Source: Promethearchaeota archaeon
Lineage (GTDB): Archaea; Asgardarchaeota; Lokiarchaeia; Sigyniarchaeales; SOKP01
Direction of reading: 5' to 3'
Assembly: GCA_019894975.1 (NCBI GenBank)
Contig: JAGXNO010000010.1
Location: forward strand, 18,704-82,703
DNA: 64,000 nt
Position numbers and translations under genes: made by a program. Under the pieces are notes generated by a model. It did not search any database. It saw only the letters and a list, made by a program, of their open reading frames with translations, and was not told where the DNA came from. This document shows, piece by piece, positions 38,493 through 49,295 of this stretch. The first letter of the stretch is position 1, and each line of letters begins with the position of its first letter.

Positions 38493-40214
38493 TCAATGGT
38501 AGAGATACATGAATCGTTCCATGAAATATAAGAAAATTTGGTTGTAATACCCTGAAAAGTAAAAATCAGAAGCATGTCCTGCCATCGGAAGCCAGAGGAT
38601 TGCACATTCATCATTCCCTTTGGAATTATACGTATCTCTTATATTTTCTGAGATACTAAAGTAATTTAAGATATCATGAGTACCTTGAAAGATTAAGCAT
38701 GGAGGACTGGTCTGATTAATAAGTTTTTCAGGATGCTTAAATTCACCACTTCCGCTTATCCCAAAAAACACCATTTGGCCGTTAGCTGGATAGAATGGTA
38801 CTAAACCTTTAATTGTGAGATTCGCGCCAAAAATTTCTGTATAATTATTACTTGCGATCGCTAATGCTACTGCGCTTGCTAAATGACCTCCTGCTGAGCC
38901 CCCGCTTAGAAATACAGAATCTAGGTTCGCACCATATTCAGTTGCATGTAAGGTGAGATATTTCGTAAACTCCCCAATGTGGCGCATCATATCATCTATA
39001 TCAAAATTTCCCTTTTTGTAATCAGGAGTAAGTGGATCGAATTCAAAAAGGAGATTAGAATCAAGTCCATATTGGATATCGAACACGACATATCCTTGAG
39101 CAGCAAAATATTTATTCATCTGCAACATATTCATCATTCCTTTATCACCAGAAACCCAACTACCTCCATGAATTCTAATTATGGTTGAATTTTCACCAGG
39201 GAGATCTTCCCTTCCGCTTAATGGTGTATATGCATCAAAATAGAGTCTTATCCCTTCGTCATTATAGAATAAAGTGTTTGTTTCAATTTTGCAGTCTTTT
39301 GGTTGTGTTCCTAAAAAATAGCCTGTCAGCGAAAAAGGAGTTCTTAGGAAATATTGACTAGCTGAGGAGGGAATTCGATCTTGCCAATCGTTCCCAAAAG
39401 CGCTTGTAAATGACTTCCTAGCATTAATTACTGTGAAATTGGTCATTAATACGGGCATTAATAAGCATCCCGATACAAAAAAACCTAAAATTGCCGTCCG
39501 ATAATATTTTTTAGTAGTTCTTTTACGACCTTTTAACTTTAGAAGTAAAATTGTATTGGCTAGAAATATGAGAGAAAAGAAAATTCCAAATTGACCAGAA
39601 ATAATTGCAATAAAGGTTGTAACTACTTCAAATGAACCAAAGATAATTACAACTGCAAATAGTATACCTAGAATGAACGTAATCCTGGAGACAATGACCA
39701 GTATTTTTCTTGTTATTCTTTTAGTTCTTAAATATTTTCTTGTATTTGGTATATTGAAAGAGTGGTTAAGAAGTAATAAATCTATATTAGATAGTTTTAC
39801 TATGTTGAATAGAGCAAAAGAAAACCCATAAATTAGAATACTAAAATAACCAAAGTAAGTTAACATATACGCTCCTAATGTGTCAATTAAATTATTTGAA
39901 TAAATTACAGATAAGAGTAAATTTCCTAACATCATACAAGGAATAGCAAAAATTATGACAATTAAAAACACATAACTCATCCCGCGTGTTTTAACTCTTA
40001 ATATATTCCTTTTGTGAAGATTAAAATAGATATAAAGTAAATTTTCAAATAAGGTTATTGTCAGAATGACTCCAAAAATATCCCATAATATTGAATAGGT
40101 TGGATTTAAGATATATAATATCCCTAATACTATACAAAATAAATTGAGAATGATAGTTAAGTAGCTAGTGACGATAATGTTCCTTAATTTTACTGAGTTT
40201 GTTGCTTCCTTCAT
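38493..40214 (-). CDS. Multi-pass membrane protein fused to an HSL-type alpha/beta hydrolase (esterase)
   Basis: About 7 TM, then HGGSW..G, GGSAGGHL, GTHD, GHA.D; ATG at 40214 preferred. Confidence 0.85.
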   Translation of the reverse strand: MKEATNSVKLRNIIVTSYLTIILNLFCIVLGILYILNPTYSILWDIFGVILTITLFENLLYIYFNLHKRNILRVKTRGMSYVFLIVIIFAIPCMMLGNLLLSVIYSNNLIDTLGAYMLTYFGYFSILIYGFSFALFNIVKLSNIDLLLLNHSFNIPNTRKYLRTKRITRKILVIVSRITFILGILFAVVIIFGSFEVVTTFIAIISGQFGIFFSLIFLANTILLLKLKGRKRTTKKYYRTAILGFFVSGCLLMPVLMTNFTVINARKSFTSAFGNDWQDRIPSSASQYFLRTPFSLTGYFLGTQPKDCKIETNTLFYNDEGIRLYFDAYTPLSGREDLPGENSTIIRIHGGSWVSGDKGMMNMLQMNKYFAAQGYVVFDIQYGLDSNLLFEFDPLTPDYKKGNFDIDDMMRHIGEFTKYLTLHATEYGANLDSVFLSGGSAGGHLASAVALAIASNNYTEIFGANLTIKGLVPFYPANGQMVFFGISGSGEFKHPEKLINQTSPPCLIFQGTHDILNYFSISENIRDTYNSKGNDECAILWLPMAGHASDFYFSGYYNQIFLYFMERFMYLYH

Positions 40215-40448
40215 TATTTTGGTGATAATATAATAATCTGCCCCTGATGATCCTAATATCTTTTGGAGATATTTCACAGATGAATATATTCTTATAAGCC
40301 CTGATTCTTGTTCGAATCAAGGTTTGAAACTTTTATAATTAATAAGAAGTGTTATATAAAAATTTAACAAAAAAGATAAATATTTAAACAAAAAATCTCT
40401 TTTAAACAAATCTACTTCAAATTAGGGAGGAATCCCTTTTTACCATAA

Positions 40449-42197
40449 TCAATCTTCATTTTTTTCCCTTTTCATATGAATAATTTCTCGAGCTTTTTCA
40501 AAAATTTCAGAAGTCTTTATTCCAGCAGGACAAAGAGTATCACAAAGACCACATAACGTACAGGTTTGCAGGATCTTTGTTATGAAATCATTTAATTCCA
40601 GTTCTCCATGAGCTAGACCATTCAGAATACTAAGCCTACCTCTTGGGCTATAAGGTTCAATTAAATGATATATTCTAGAGGGACATTTAGTAATACAGAA
40701 ACCACATCTCATACATTTTAACTCTAATAATTCTTCTGATTTATTTTTAAGATTTCGTTTGTGAATATGTTTTTTAAGGGATCTACTATCTCCTTTTCCT
40801 ATTCCAGGGTTTAAAATTCTATTAGGATCAAAAAAACTCCTAATGTCAGCCATTAGATTTACAACATCTTTACCATGTTCTAATTCGAGATATGGGGTTT
40901 TTACTTTCCCAATTCCATGTTCTCCCGTTAAAGTGCCCCCTACAGGAATAATTATTTCCTTATATAAATATTCAACTGCATTTTCAAAATCTTTTACGTC
41001 TTCTTCATCATTTTCGTTAAACAAGAAAGTAGGATGTAAATTTCCTTCCATATGACATACTGTAGCAACCAGTAAGTTTTTAGCATTAATTGCTTTAGGG
41101 ATTTGCTCAATTTTTGTAATAACTTCTGAAAAGTCAGATAGTTGTATGGTACAATCCTCAACACAAGTATTTGGTCTAATTCTAGAAAGTGCAGGGAGAT
41201 TAGATTTTCTTGCAAGAATTAATCTCTCCCTTTCTTCTTCTGTGTTAGCAATTTTATAATAAATTGGATTATGTTGGATAATGAGATCAAGCAAAATTGA
41301 GAATTTACCTTCAACCTCCTCGTAAGAATCCCCATCCACTTCTGCTAATAATACATAACCGTTAGGAAAATCAAGAAATTCTTCCCCTAAAAATTCAGTT
41401 ACTGCTTCTAACATTAGTTTATCCATAAATTCTAACAAATTTGGCACAATTCCCCTTTTTCTTATATCAATAACGGCATCTCTTAAATCATCAACATTTT
41501 CAAAAATATAAAAACCGAGTTTCCTTGAATTTGGTAATGGTCGAATTCTTAATCCAATTTTAGTAATAACTCCTAAAGTTCCTTCAGAACCAATAAAAAG
41601 CTCTTTTAAATTATAAGAAGATACTGATTTAAGTACTTTGGTTCCCAAATTTAGAATCTTGCCATTAGGTAAGACTACTTCCAAATATAACACATAATTT
41701 TTAGTAACCCCATACTTAAATGCTTGAATGCCACCCGCGTTGCTGGCAACCATCCCTCCAATGGTACAAACTGAGCTTGAACCAGGATCTGGGGGGAAAA
41801 AATATTTATAAGGTTTTAACTGCTCATTTAATTCATCACATATTACTCCAGGTTGGACTTCTACTAAGTTGTTGACTATATCAATATTTAGTATACTATT
41901 CATTTGAGTTAAATCTAGTACAACACCACCATAAGGAGTTAAAGAGCCTGAGGATAAACTCGTTCCACTCCCACGAGGTGTTATCGGAATTTTATTTTTA
42001 TTAGCCAACTTTAGAATCTCAGAAATTTGCTTTGAATTTTGAGGAACTAAAATTAGATCTGGTACCCATTCTTTATTGAAAATAAAACCACCGAAGGTAT
42101 ATGACCATCTGATTTCAAATTGAGTAAAGAAGTAATTTTCTCCTACAATTTGTTTAAATGTTTCAAGTAAAGAACTAGAGATTTTGTTGTAAATCAT
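40449..42197 (-). CDS. FAD-linked oxidase (GlcD/D-lactate dehydrogenase type) with C-terminal 2x[4Fe-4S] domain
   Basis: PRGSGTSL, PPDPGS..TIGG, GSEGTLG, GNLHP, GEHGIG, NPG; CMRCGFC..CP and CTLCGLC..CP. Confidence 0.9.
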   Translation of the reverse strand: MIYNKISSSLLETFKQIVGENYFFTQFEIRWSYTFGGFIFNKEWVPDLILVPQNSKQISEILKLANKNKIPITPRGSGTSLSSGSLTPYGGVVLDLTQMNSILNIDIVNNLVEVQPGVICDELNEQLKPYKYFFPPDPGSSSVCTIGGMVASNAGGIQAFKYGVTKNYVLYLEVVLPNGKILNLGTKVLKSVSSYNLKELFIGSEGTLGVITKIGLRIRPLPNSRKLGFYIFENVDDLRDAVIDIRKRGIVPNLLEFMDKLMLEAVTEFLGEEFLDFPNGYVLLAEVDGDSYEEVEGKFSILLDLIIQHNPIYYKIANTEEERERLILARKSNLPALSRIRPNTCVEDCTIQLSDFSEVITKIEQIPKAINAKNLLVATVCHMEGNLHPTFLFNENDEEDVKDFENAVEYLYKEIIIPVGGTLTGEHGIGKVKTPYLELEHGKDVVNLMADIRSFFDPNRILNPGIGKGDSRSLKKHIHKRNLKNKSEELLELKCMRCGFCITKCPSRIYHLIEPYSPRGRLSILNGLAHGELELNDFITKILQTCTLCGLCDTLCPAGIKTSEIFEKAREIIHMKREKNED

Positions 42198-42352
42198 TTT
42201 GATATTTGATTAATACTAAAATTAACTTTTATAATATTTTCTTTCTCAATTTAATTTAATATTTCATAAAATAATTTTAAAATTAATCATTAGTTATTTT
42301 AATAAGAAAAAAAATTTATGAATAGAAATTTATCATTTACAAGGGAAATTTT

Positions 42353-42739
42353 ATGGGAAAAATTCTAAGAGATTTATATATTTTAACTGTTAGTGGCACT
42401 ACTGTTTATAGTCGAGTAATTGATCCAAGGGTTAATCCTCAATTATTTGGTGCTCTCATGAGTGCTTTAAATACATTTGCTGAAAAACTTACTGATGAAG
42501 GGATGTCTGATTTTGAATTAAGCAATATACGTTTTTCAATTGTAAAAAAAAATAAATTTCTTTTTATTGCGAGTTCTTCTAAGAAAGTAAAATCAAAAAA
42601 AATATTCGCGGAATTAAGAGAGATATCAGACAAATTCTTCGAATTATATCCCGCAGAAACCTTAAAAAAATGGGATTCTGACGTGGGACTCTTCGAAACC
42701 TTTGAACACGCCATTAAGGATTCGTTAGAGGATAAATGA
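42353..42739 (+). CDS. Longin/roadblock-like domain protein (eukaryotic-signature type)
   Basis: LYIL..SG..VYSR..PQLFGALMSAL..FA..L..F...Y...W..D...F..F pattern. Confidence 0.75.
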   Translation: MGKILRDLYILTVSGTTVYSRVIDPRVNPQLFGALMSALNTFAEKLTDEGMSDFELSNIRFSIVKKNKFLFIASSSKKVKSKKIFAELREISDKFFELYPAETLKKWDSDVGLFETFEHAIKDSLEDK

Positions 42740-42854
42740 GCTGAAAGAGTTTTGTTTTTTTACATCAAATCTCTTCATTCACGATTTTTTGATTTTTGTT
42801 TTTATAACCATAAAAGATTTAAGATAAAAAAGATATGGTAATAATGATTAAAGT

Positions 42855-43211
42855 ATGAAAGAAGTTGAAAGCGATAAAACTACTATAAAAAGGGAAGGAA
42901 CTATAGATCAAACAAGCAACACTGAAAGTTCAAGAGACTTTAGTTCAATTAACAATAGCAAATTTGTTCCCTCAAGTAATATTGATTTTCTTATAAAAAG
43001 AATATCAAATCCCGCATTCTTAGGTTCAATTCACTTGAAAAAGGAAATGAATCCAAATTTTCATCATATAGAAAATATGATAGCTAGTGAGTATGAGTCA
43101 AAATTGACACAATCTCTAAAAAATACGATTTTCAATCCCATCACAAAGATATTGATAATCTCAGCAATCGTGTTTAATATTTTTTGGTTTCTCTCATTAT
43201 ATCTTCTATAG
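42855..43211 (+). CDS. Hypothetical tail-anchored membrane protein
   Basis: Hydrophilic N-terminus and a single TM at the extreme C-terminus. Confidence 0.65.
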   Translation: MKEVESDKTTIKREGTIDQTSNTESSRDFSSINNSKFVPSSNIDFLIKRISNPAFLGSIHLKKEMNPNFHHIENMIASEYESKLTQSLKNTIFNPITKILIISAIVFNIFWFLSLYLL

Positions 43212-43344
43212 ACAGAAAGAAATTAAAAAGCAATAATTCCCCTTTGAATATTTTCTTTATTATAAATTTAAAAGATATTTATATCTATCAAGATTAGAAT
43301 TTATAACTTAAATTTGAAATTATAAATAAAAAGGTAATTCGTGT

Positions 43345-44817
43345 TTGATTTACGATGTTATAATTATAGGAGCTGGGGTAACTGGGTGTTGTATAGCACG
43401 TACACTTTCAAAGTATGATCTAAATATATGTGTGCTAGAGAAAGAAGCGGAAATCGCTTCTGGTGCAACTAAAGCTAATTCTGGTGTGGTTCATGCAGGA
43501 TATGCTGCCCAAAGAGAGTATACCAAACGACACCTATGCATCAAAGGAAATAAATTATATTCTCAAGCAGCTGAAGAATTAAATTTTCCGTTTAAAAGAA
43601 TTGGTTCGTTTGTAGTCGCATTAGAAGATGAACAAATTAAAGGATTAGAGGAAGAAAGAAAAAAAGGTGCCGAAGATGGTATTCCCGGTCTAGAACTAAT
43701 ATTAGATAAGAAACGAATACATGAAATGGAACCAAATCTGACTGAAGATGTTGTAGGTGTTCTACATGCCTCTACCGCGGGACTTGTAAGCCCATATGAA
43801 TTAACATTTGCACTAGCGGATAACGCTGCAACAAATGGTGTAAAATTTTTCAGAAACCAAGAAGTTGTAAAAATCAAACACCAAGATTATATTTTCACAG
43901 TAAGAACTTATCAGGGAGAATTTCAGACAAGAAATCTTATTAATGCAGCAGGGCTCTATGCATCGAGGATTTCTAGGATGCTGGGTTTGGATTATTTTAG
44001 ATTAATGCCCAGAAAGGGAGAATATATCCTATTTGATAGAAATGCAATTCAACTTAATAAAATTCTTTTCCCAACACCCACCAAAATATCAAAAGGGATT
44101 TTAGTATGCCCAACGTTGCATGGAAACACTTTTGCCGGACCCAATGCGCAAAATTTAAATGATCCTGAAGATCTTTCCACTACTACTGCTGGTTTAAAAG
44201 AAATTTTGGAGGGAGGGAGAAAATTAGTCCCAAATCTTCCTCTAAGAAGTGCAATTAGAAATTTTGCCGGATTAAGAGCAGTACCGGATACATATGATTT
44301 TATAATAGATAATACTGATATCTATGGGTTTATAAATGTCGCAGGAATTTTATCTCCGGGATTAACAGCAACTTTTGCAATTGCTGATAAAATTGTTGAG
44401 TTCCTTGAACTTCTGGGAGTACAATTAACTCTTAAAGAAGATTATAATCCTAATCGTCCTAAACCAGAAAGATTTAAAGATTTCAAGAGGCAAGAACTTG
44501 ATAAAAAAATTCAAGAGGATCCAAGGTGGGGAAGAATAATCTGCCGTTGTGAAACAATCCCTGAAAAAGAAATCGTTGACGCTATCCATGCTCCTGTTGG
44601 ATCAACCACAGTTGATGGCATTAAATTTCGCTGTCGACCTGGTATGGGAAGATGTCAAGGAGGATTCTGTCGTCCTCGAGTTATTGAAATACTTTCAAGG
44701 GAACTAAATATCCCTTATGAAGATATCACCAAAAGAGGAGAAGACACTAATATTTTAGTAGGGAAAACCAAAGATTTAGCGTTAAAAAATTTATCTAGAG
44801 GTGTGGATACCGATTGA
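43345..44817 (+). CDS. FAD-dependent oxidoreductase, glycerol-3-phosphate dehydrogenase (GlpA-like) with BFD-like [2Fe-2S] domain
   Basis: IIGAGVTG, TKANSG.VHAG, INAAG, SPGLTA, ICRCE..GMGRCQGGFC. Confidence 0.88.
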   Translation: MIYDVIIIGAGVTGCCIARTLSKYDLNICVLEKEAEIASGATKANSGVVHAGYAAQREYTKRHLCIKGNKLYSQAAEELNFPFKRIGSFVVALEDEQIKGLEEERKKGAEDGIPGLELILDKKRIHEMEPNLTEDVVGVLHASTAGLVSPYELTFALADNAATNGVKFFRNQEVVKIKHQDYIFTVRTYQGEFQTRNLINAAGLYASRISRMLGLDYFRLMPRKGEYILFDRNAIQLNKILFPTPTKISKGILVCPTLHGNTFAGPNAQNLNDPEDLSTTTAGLKEILEGGRKLVPNLPLRSAIRNFAGLRAVPDTYDFIIDNTDIYGFINVAGILSPGLTATFAIADKIVEFLELLGVQLTLKEDYNPNRPKPERFKDFKRQELDKKIQEDPRWGRIICRCETIPEKEIVDAIHAPVGSTTVDGIKFRCRPGMGRCQGGFCRPRVIEILSRELNIPYEDITKRGEDTNILVGKTKDLALKNLSRGVDTD

Positions 44818-46112
44818 ATACCTATGAAGTGGATGTCGCTGTAATTGGTGGTGGCTCAGCCGGCTTAGCGGCGGCAATAGTAGTAAAAAAAGCGAATTTA
44901 GATGTCCTAATTTTAGAGAGAGATAAAGAATTAGGAGGAATTACACTCCAATGCATTCATAATGGGTTTGGTCTTCATGAGTTTGAAGAAGAATTAACCG
45001 GACCGGAATATATTCAACGATTTATCAATCAAGCTATAGAATTAGATATTGCCTATAAATTAGATACTATGGTTGTAGAAATAACTCCAGAGAAAGTTAT
45101 TTACGCTGTGAACAATAAAGAAGGACTTATAGAAATTAAACCTAAAGCAATAATATTAGCTATGGGTTGCCGTGAAAGAACAAGAGGTGCAATTAACATA
45201 CCTGGTTTTCGTCCGTCTGGGATATATACTGCAGGACAAGCTCAAAGATTTGTTAATATTGAAGGATATCTACCGGGTAGAACTTATGTTATTTTAGGAA
45301 GTGGAGATATTGGGATGATAATGGCACGACGATTAACGTGGGAAGGATGTCAAGTTAAGGCTGTTGTTGAGATACAACCTTATGTAAGTGGATTAATTAG
45401 AAATCAAGTACAATGTTTAGAGGATTATGGAATTCCACTGATTACAAGTTATACTGTTACTAAAATTCACGGGAAAGATAGGGTTAAAGGTGTTACAATT
45501 TCAAAGGTTGATCGGAATTTTGATAGGGTAATAGGTTCTGAGAAATTTATTGAATGTGATACTCTATTATTATCTGTAGGATTAATACCGGAAAATGAAT
45601 TGACAAGAGAGGCTGGAGCAAAAATTTCAGAAATGGGTGGTCCCGTTGTAGATAACAATTTAGAAACTACAATAGAGGGTATTTTTGCTTGTGGTAATGT
45701 ATTGCAAGTACATGACTTAGTAGATTTAGTGTCTGCAGAGGCAAAAAGAGCAGGATTAAATGCCATCGATTATATTAACAACAGGTATGAGAAGAAATTC
45801 GAAGAATCAGGAAAAATTAAATGCAAAGCTGGTGAAAATGTAAGTTATGTAAAACCAGATTTAATTAATTTATCTGATTTATCTAAGGACGTAGTTTTTA
45901 CATTTAGAGTAAAGAGACCCAATAGAAGACTGCTAATTCAGTTTAAAGATAATAAAAATCGTATTATATATAAAAAAAAGAGAAGATATGTAATTCCTAG
46001 TGAAATGCTCGAAATAAAGTTAAATTTAAACGAATTTAAATTCGCACCTAGTACAAAAAATATAGAAATAGAAGTGATACCTCGTCCAGAGGCATTAATT
46101 GAGGAGGATTAA
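44814..46112 (+). CDS. Pyridine nucleotide-disulfide oxidoreductase (partner of the GlpA-like subunit)
   Basis: IGGGSAG, QCIHNGFG..ELTGPEY, AMGCRER, GSGDIG, GNVLQVHDLVD; overlaps upstream stop. Confidence 0.9.
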   Translation: MNTYEVDVAVIGGGSAGLAAAIVVKKANLDVLILERDKELGGITLQCIHNGFGLHEFEEELTGPEYIQRFINQAIELDIAYKLDTMVVEITPEKVIYAVNNKEGLIEIKPKAIILAMGCRERTRGAINIPGFRPSGIYTAGQAQRFVNIEGYLPGRTYVILGSGDIGMIMARRLTWEGCQVKAVVEIQPYVSGLIRNQVQCLEDYGIPLITSYTVTKIHGKDRVKGVTISKVDRNFDRVIGSEKFIECDTLLLSVGLIPENELTREAGAKISEMGGPVVDNNLETTIEGIFACGNVLQVHDLVDLVSAEAKRAGLNAIDYINNRYEKKFEESGKIKCKAGENVSYVKPDLINLSDLSKDVVFTFRVKRPNRRLLIQFKDNKNRIIYKKKRRYVIPSEMLEIKLNLNEFKFAPSTKNIEIEVIPRPEALIEED

Positions 46113-46129
46113 TTTTAGAGGTAATTAAT

Positions 46130-46513
46130 ATGTCAGAATCAAAGATACCAGAAGGAAAAAAAGAGATTCGTTGTATTGTATGTCCAACAGGTTGTTTAGT
46201 TCATGTTGAGAATATAAATGGGGAGTTGGTCATTGAAGGTCATTCATGTCAAAGAGGTGAAGAATATGCAAAAGTAGAATTTATCGCACCAAAACGAATT
46301 CTAACAACAACGATTAGAGTAGAAAATGGATTTCTTCCCCTAATACCCGTCAGATCAGATACTCCCATTCCGAAGGAGAGACTCCAAGACACATTAAAGG
46401 AAATCGCAAAAATAAAGGTTAAAGCCCCAATAAAAATGGGAGATATTTTAATTAAACAGGTAATAGGATTGGATGTGAATATTATTGCGAGCAGGGACTT
46501 GATAAAAGCATAA
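46130..46513 (+). CDS. DUF1667-type CxxC protein, third gene of the GlpA-like operon
   Basis: CIVCPTGC..G..C.RG..YA..P.R.LTTT. Confidence 0.88.
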   Translation: MSESKIPEGKKEIRCIVCPTGCLVHVENINGELVIEGHSCQRGEEYAKVEFIAPKRILTTTIRVENGFLPLIPVRSDTPIPKERLQDTLKEIAKIKVKAPIKMGDILIKQVIGLDVNIIASRDLIKA

Positions 46514-46654
46514 ATAAAATCGTCTTTCTATTAAACCATAGATTTGGGTCTTAAATATCTAATCCATTTAGCAAATAATTAATTATAAATACATTTAGAA
46601 ATAATTCTATAATGAATATAGATTCATTATTACCAAAGTTACAGAATGATTTAA

Positions 46655-48025
46655 ATGAAAAAAGAAAGTATTTTAAGAGATTTAGAAGATATTGTCGGGA
46701 AAGACTTTGTTTCAAATAAGTCAGAAGATCTTTTCATATATTCACAAGATCCTGGGGCTTCTGAACCTCGACCTGTCGATTTCGTGGTGATGCCTAAGAC
46801 TGTTGAGGAAATACAAGAAATCGTAAAGCTAGCAAATAAAGAGGTAATCCCTCTAATCCCTATGGGAGGCGGACTTACTTTAAGTGGATTGATCCTTCCT
46901 GTTCATAAAGGTATCGTTATGGATATGAAAAGAATGGATAAGATTATAGAGATTAATAGCTTGGGACGATATGCAGTTTTAGAAGCGGGAGTAACAACAG
47001 GATCATTAGTATCATACTTGAATGAACATCATCCTACTTTGCAAGCTCCGATTCCGGATGCACCAACATCTGCAACAATTGCGGGGAACGTATTAATTCA
47101 CGGATCAGGTTCACTCTCTCAGAAGTATGGACATCATGCAAGCATGATTAATGGTTTGGAAGTTGTGTTACCAACGGGAGAAATAACCAAATTTGGTTCT
47201 TATGCAATTTCGGAATATTGGTTTTCAAAAGCCCCCATTCCAGATCTAATTGGTTTGTTCACGAGCAGTTTTGGCACTATGGGTATTATTACAAAAGTAT
47301 CCATAAAACTATATCCGAAACCAAAAGAACGAGACATAATTTTTGGATTATCTCAGGATTTTGATGGGCTCCCAAATCTCATGTCTAAAATAACCTTTAC
47401 AGAATTCGCAGAAGATGTTATGATAGGCCATTCCCATACTCCCCCTAATATGAAACAATTTTGTGCTGTTATGGTATATATCACCGGAAACTCAAAAGAA
47501 GAAATGGACTTAAAAAGATCTACTATAGAAACAATATTTAAAGAAAATAACCTACAAGTAGCTCCAATAATGGGTCAAACAAGGACCTATTTGATGGATC
47601 ATCCCCAATATACGGCAGCATTTGCTTCAGACTGGAGAAAGGGAGGTGGATTCGAATATGTTGGGTCATTTATTCCGTTAGAAAAAATTCCTGAAGCAAT
47701 CGAAAAAGGAGTTGTAATTTCAGAAAAATATGGGTTGGTCCCATCATTATTGTGCAGAATAATAGGAAGTGGTCATGCGGTTATGTTTTCTGTCACTTTC
47801 CCGTTTAATCGAGCAGATCCCGCTGACCGGAAAAATGCTAGAGAGGGATTAGAAGAAACAAATAAAATGGTGTTGGAAATAGGAGGGGTTCCTTGGAAAA
47901 CAGAATTAACAGGTCAAAAACTCACTATGGAAAAAGCAGATCCACAATATAAGAAATTATTTAAACGGGTTCGAAATCTGTTAGATCCAAATGGTATAAT
48001 GAACCCTGGGAATTGGGAGGTGTGA
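46655..48025 (+). CDS. FAD-binding oxidoreductase (GlcD-like)
   Basis: P.GGGLTLSG, EAGV, SATIAGN, GLEVVLPTG, GTMGIITK, DPNGIMNPG. Confidence 0.9.
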   Translation: MKKESILRDLEDIVGKDFVSNKSEDLFIYSQDPGASEPRPVDFVVMPKTVEEIQEIVKLANKEVIPLIPMGGGLTLSGLILPVHKGIVMDMKRMDKIIEINSLGRYAVLEAGVTTGSLVSYLNEHHPTLQAPIPDAPTSATIAGNVLIHGSGSLSQKYGHHASMINGLEVVLPTGEITKFGSYAISEYWFSKAPIPDLIGLFTSSFGTMGIITKVSIKLYPKPKERDIIFGLSQDFDGLPNLMSKITFTEFAEDVMIGHSHTPPNMKQFCAVMVYITGNSKEEMDLKRSTIETIFKENNLQVAPIMGQTRTYLMDHPQYTAAFASDWRKGGGFEYVGSFIPLEKIPEAIEKGVVISEKYGLVPSLLCRIIGSGHAVMFSVTFPFNRADPADRKNAREGLEETNKMVLEIGGVPWKTELTGQKLTMEKADPQYKKLFKRVRNLLDPNGIMNPGNWEV

Positions 48026-48028
48026 TAA

Positions 48029-49240
48029 ATGCTATCAAGTCAAAAAAGTAGAGAAGAGTTGGGACTAAAATATTATGAACAGATGATACACAGATGTTTT
48101 AGATGTGGTTACTGCAAGTTTACAGGAGATTCTATAGATATTAATTGTCCAAGTTATAAAAAGTACAAATTTGAATCTTTTAGTGCGGGTGGACGAATGT
48201 GGTTAATTTACGGATTAATGTCTAATGAACTCGAATGGAGTGATCATATGAGTAAAATCCTATATGCTTGCACAACATGTGGAAACTGTGGTGAGAACTG
48301 TAAACTCCTGAGGCGGAAATTTGGATCGGAATTTGCGGTAGATATTATTGAATTAGCACGGGCTGAAGCATTTAAAAATGGATTTTGTTCGGAAAAAGCT
48401 ATTAATTTTGGAAATCATACTGCCAAAGAGCATAATCCATACTTAGAAAAACATGAAAATAGATTATCATGGCTTCCTGATGATTTTAAGAATCCCGAAG
48501 ATCCAGAAATTGGATATTTTGTAGGTTGTACGTCATCTTACCGTGAAAAAGAATTAGCCAGAAATAACTTTGAAGTTCTCAAGAAAATAGGTGTCAAATT
48601 TGCCATCTTTCAGGAGGAATGGTGTTGTGGTTCACCGCTCCTTAGGACAGGTCAAAGGGAAACCGCAATAATCCAAGCAAAACATAATATTGACTTGTTT
48701 AAAAATAAAAATATCAAAACAATTGTTACTTCCTGTGCGGGTTGTTATCGAACCATCAAGGAAGATTACTCAAGAATATTCTACGATGGAATTTCTGAAG
48801 ATAAATTACCATTTGAAGTTCTTCATATTTCAGAATATATCAAAAGGCTACTGGATGAAAACAAAATTGAATTTAAAAAGAATTTAAATGGAAAAAGAAA
48901 AGTTACTTATCATGATCCATGCCATCTCGGACGTCATGCGGGGGTATATAATGAGCCAAGAGAAATTATTAAAAAAATTCCCGGAATAGAGTTAGTAGAA
49001 ATGCGCAAAATTAAAGGAGATGCAACATGTTGCGGTGCTGGAGGAGGTGTTAAAGCTGGATATTCTGAATGGGCTTTAGAAATGGCAACCAGTCGCATTG
49101 AAGAAGCATTAGAAACAGGAGCAGAAATATTAATAACCACTTGCCCGTTCTGTGAGCATAATTTCGCAGATGCTATAAAAGAGCATAATTATAATATCCA
49201 AATCATGGATTTAGTTAATTTATTAAAAGAATTATTATAG
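48029..49240 (+). CDS. Fe-S oxidoreductase, GlcF/HdrD-like (4Fe-4S + two CCG domains)
   Basis: CFRCGYC, CTTCGNC..C, FVGC, CCG, CAGC, YHDPCHLGR, CCGAGGG, CPFC. Confidence 0.92.
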   Translation: MLSSQKSREELGLKYYEQMIHRCFRCGYCKFTGDSIDINCPSYKKYKFESFSAGGRMWLIYGLMSNELEWSDHMSKILYACTTCGNCGENCKLLRRKFGSEFAVDIIELARAEAFKNGFCSEKAINFGNHTAKEHNPYLEKHENRLSWLPDDFKNPEDPEIGYFVGCTSSYREKELARNNFEVLKKIGVKFAIFQEEWCCGSPLLRTGQRETAIIQAKHNIDLFKNKNIKTIVTSCAGCYRTIKEDYSRIFYDGISEDKLPFEVLHISEYIKRLLDENKIEFKKNLNGKRKVTYHDPCHLGRHAGVYNEPREIIKKIPGIELVEMRKIKGDATCCGAGGGVKAGYSEWALEMATSRIEEALETGAEILITTCPFCEHNFADAIKEHNYNIQIMDLVNLLKELL

Positions 49241-49295
49241 AAATTGAAATGAATTACGAATTAAAAAACATGAAAATTGAAAAAGGAGGAAAAAA

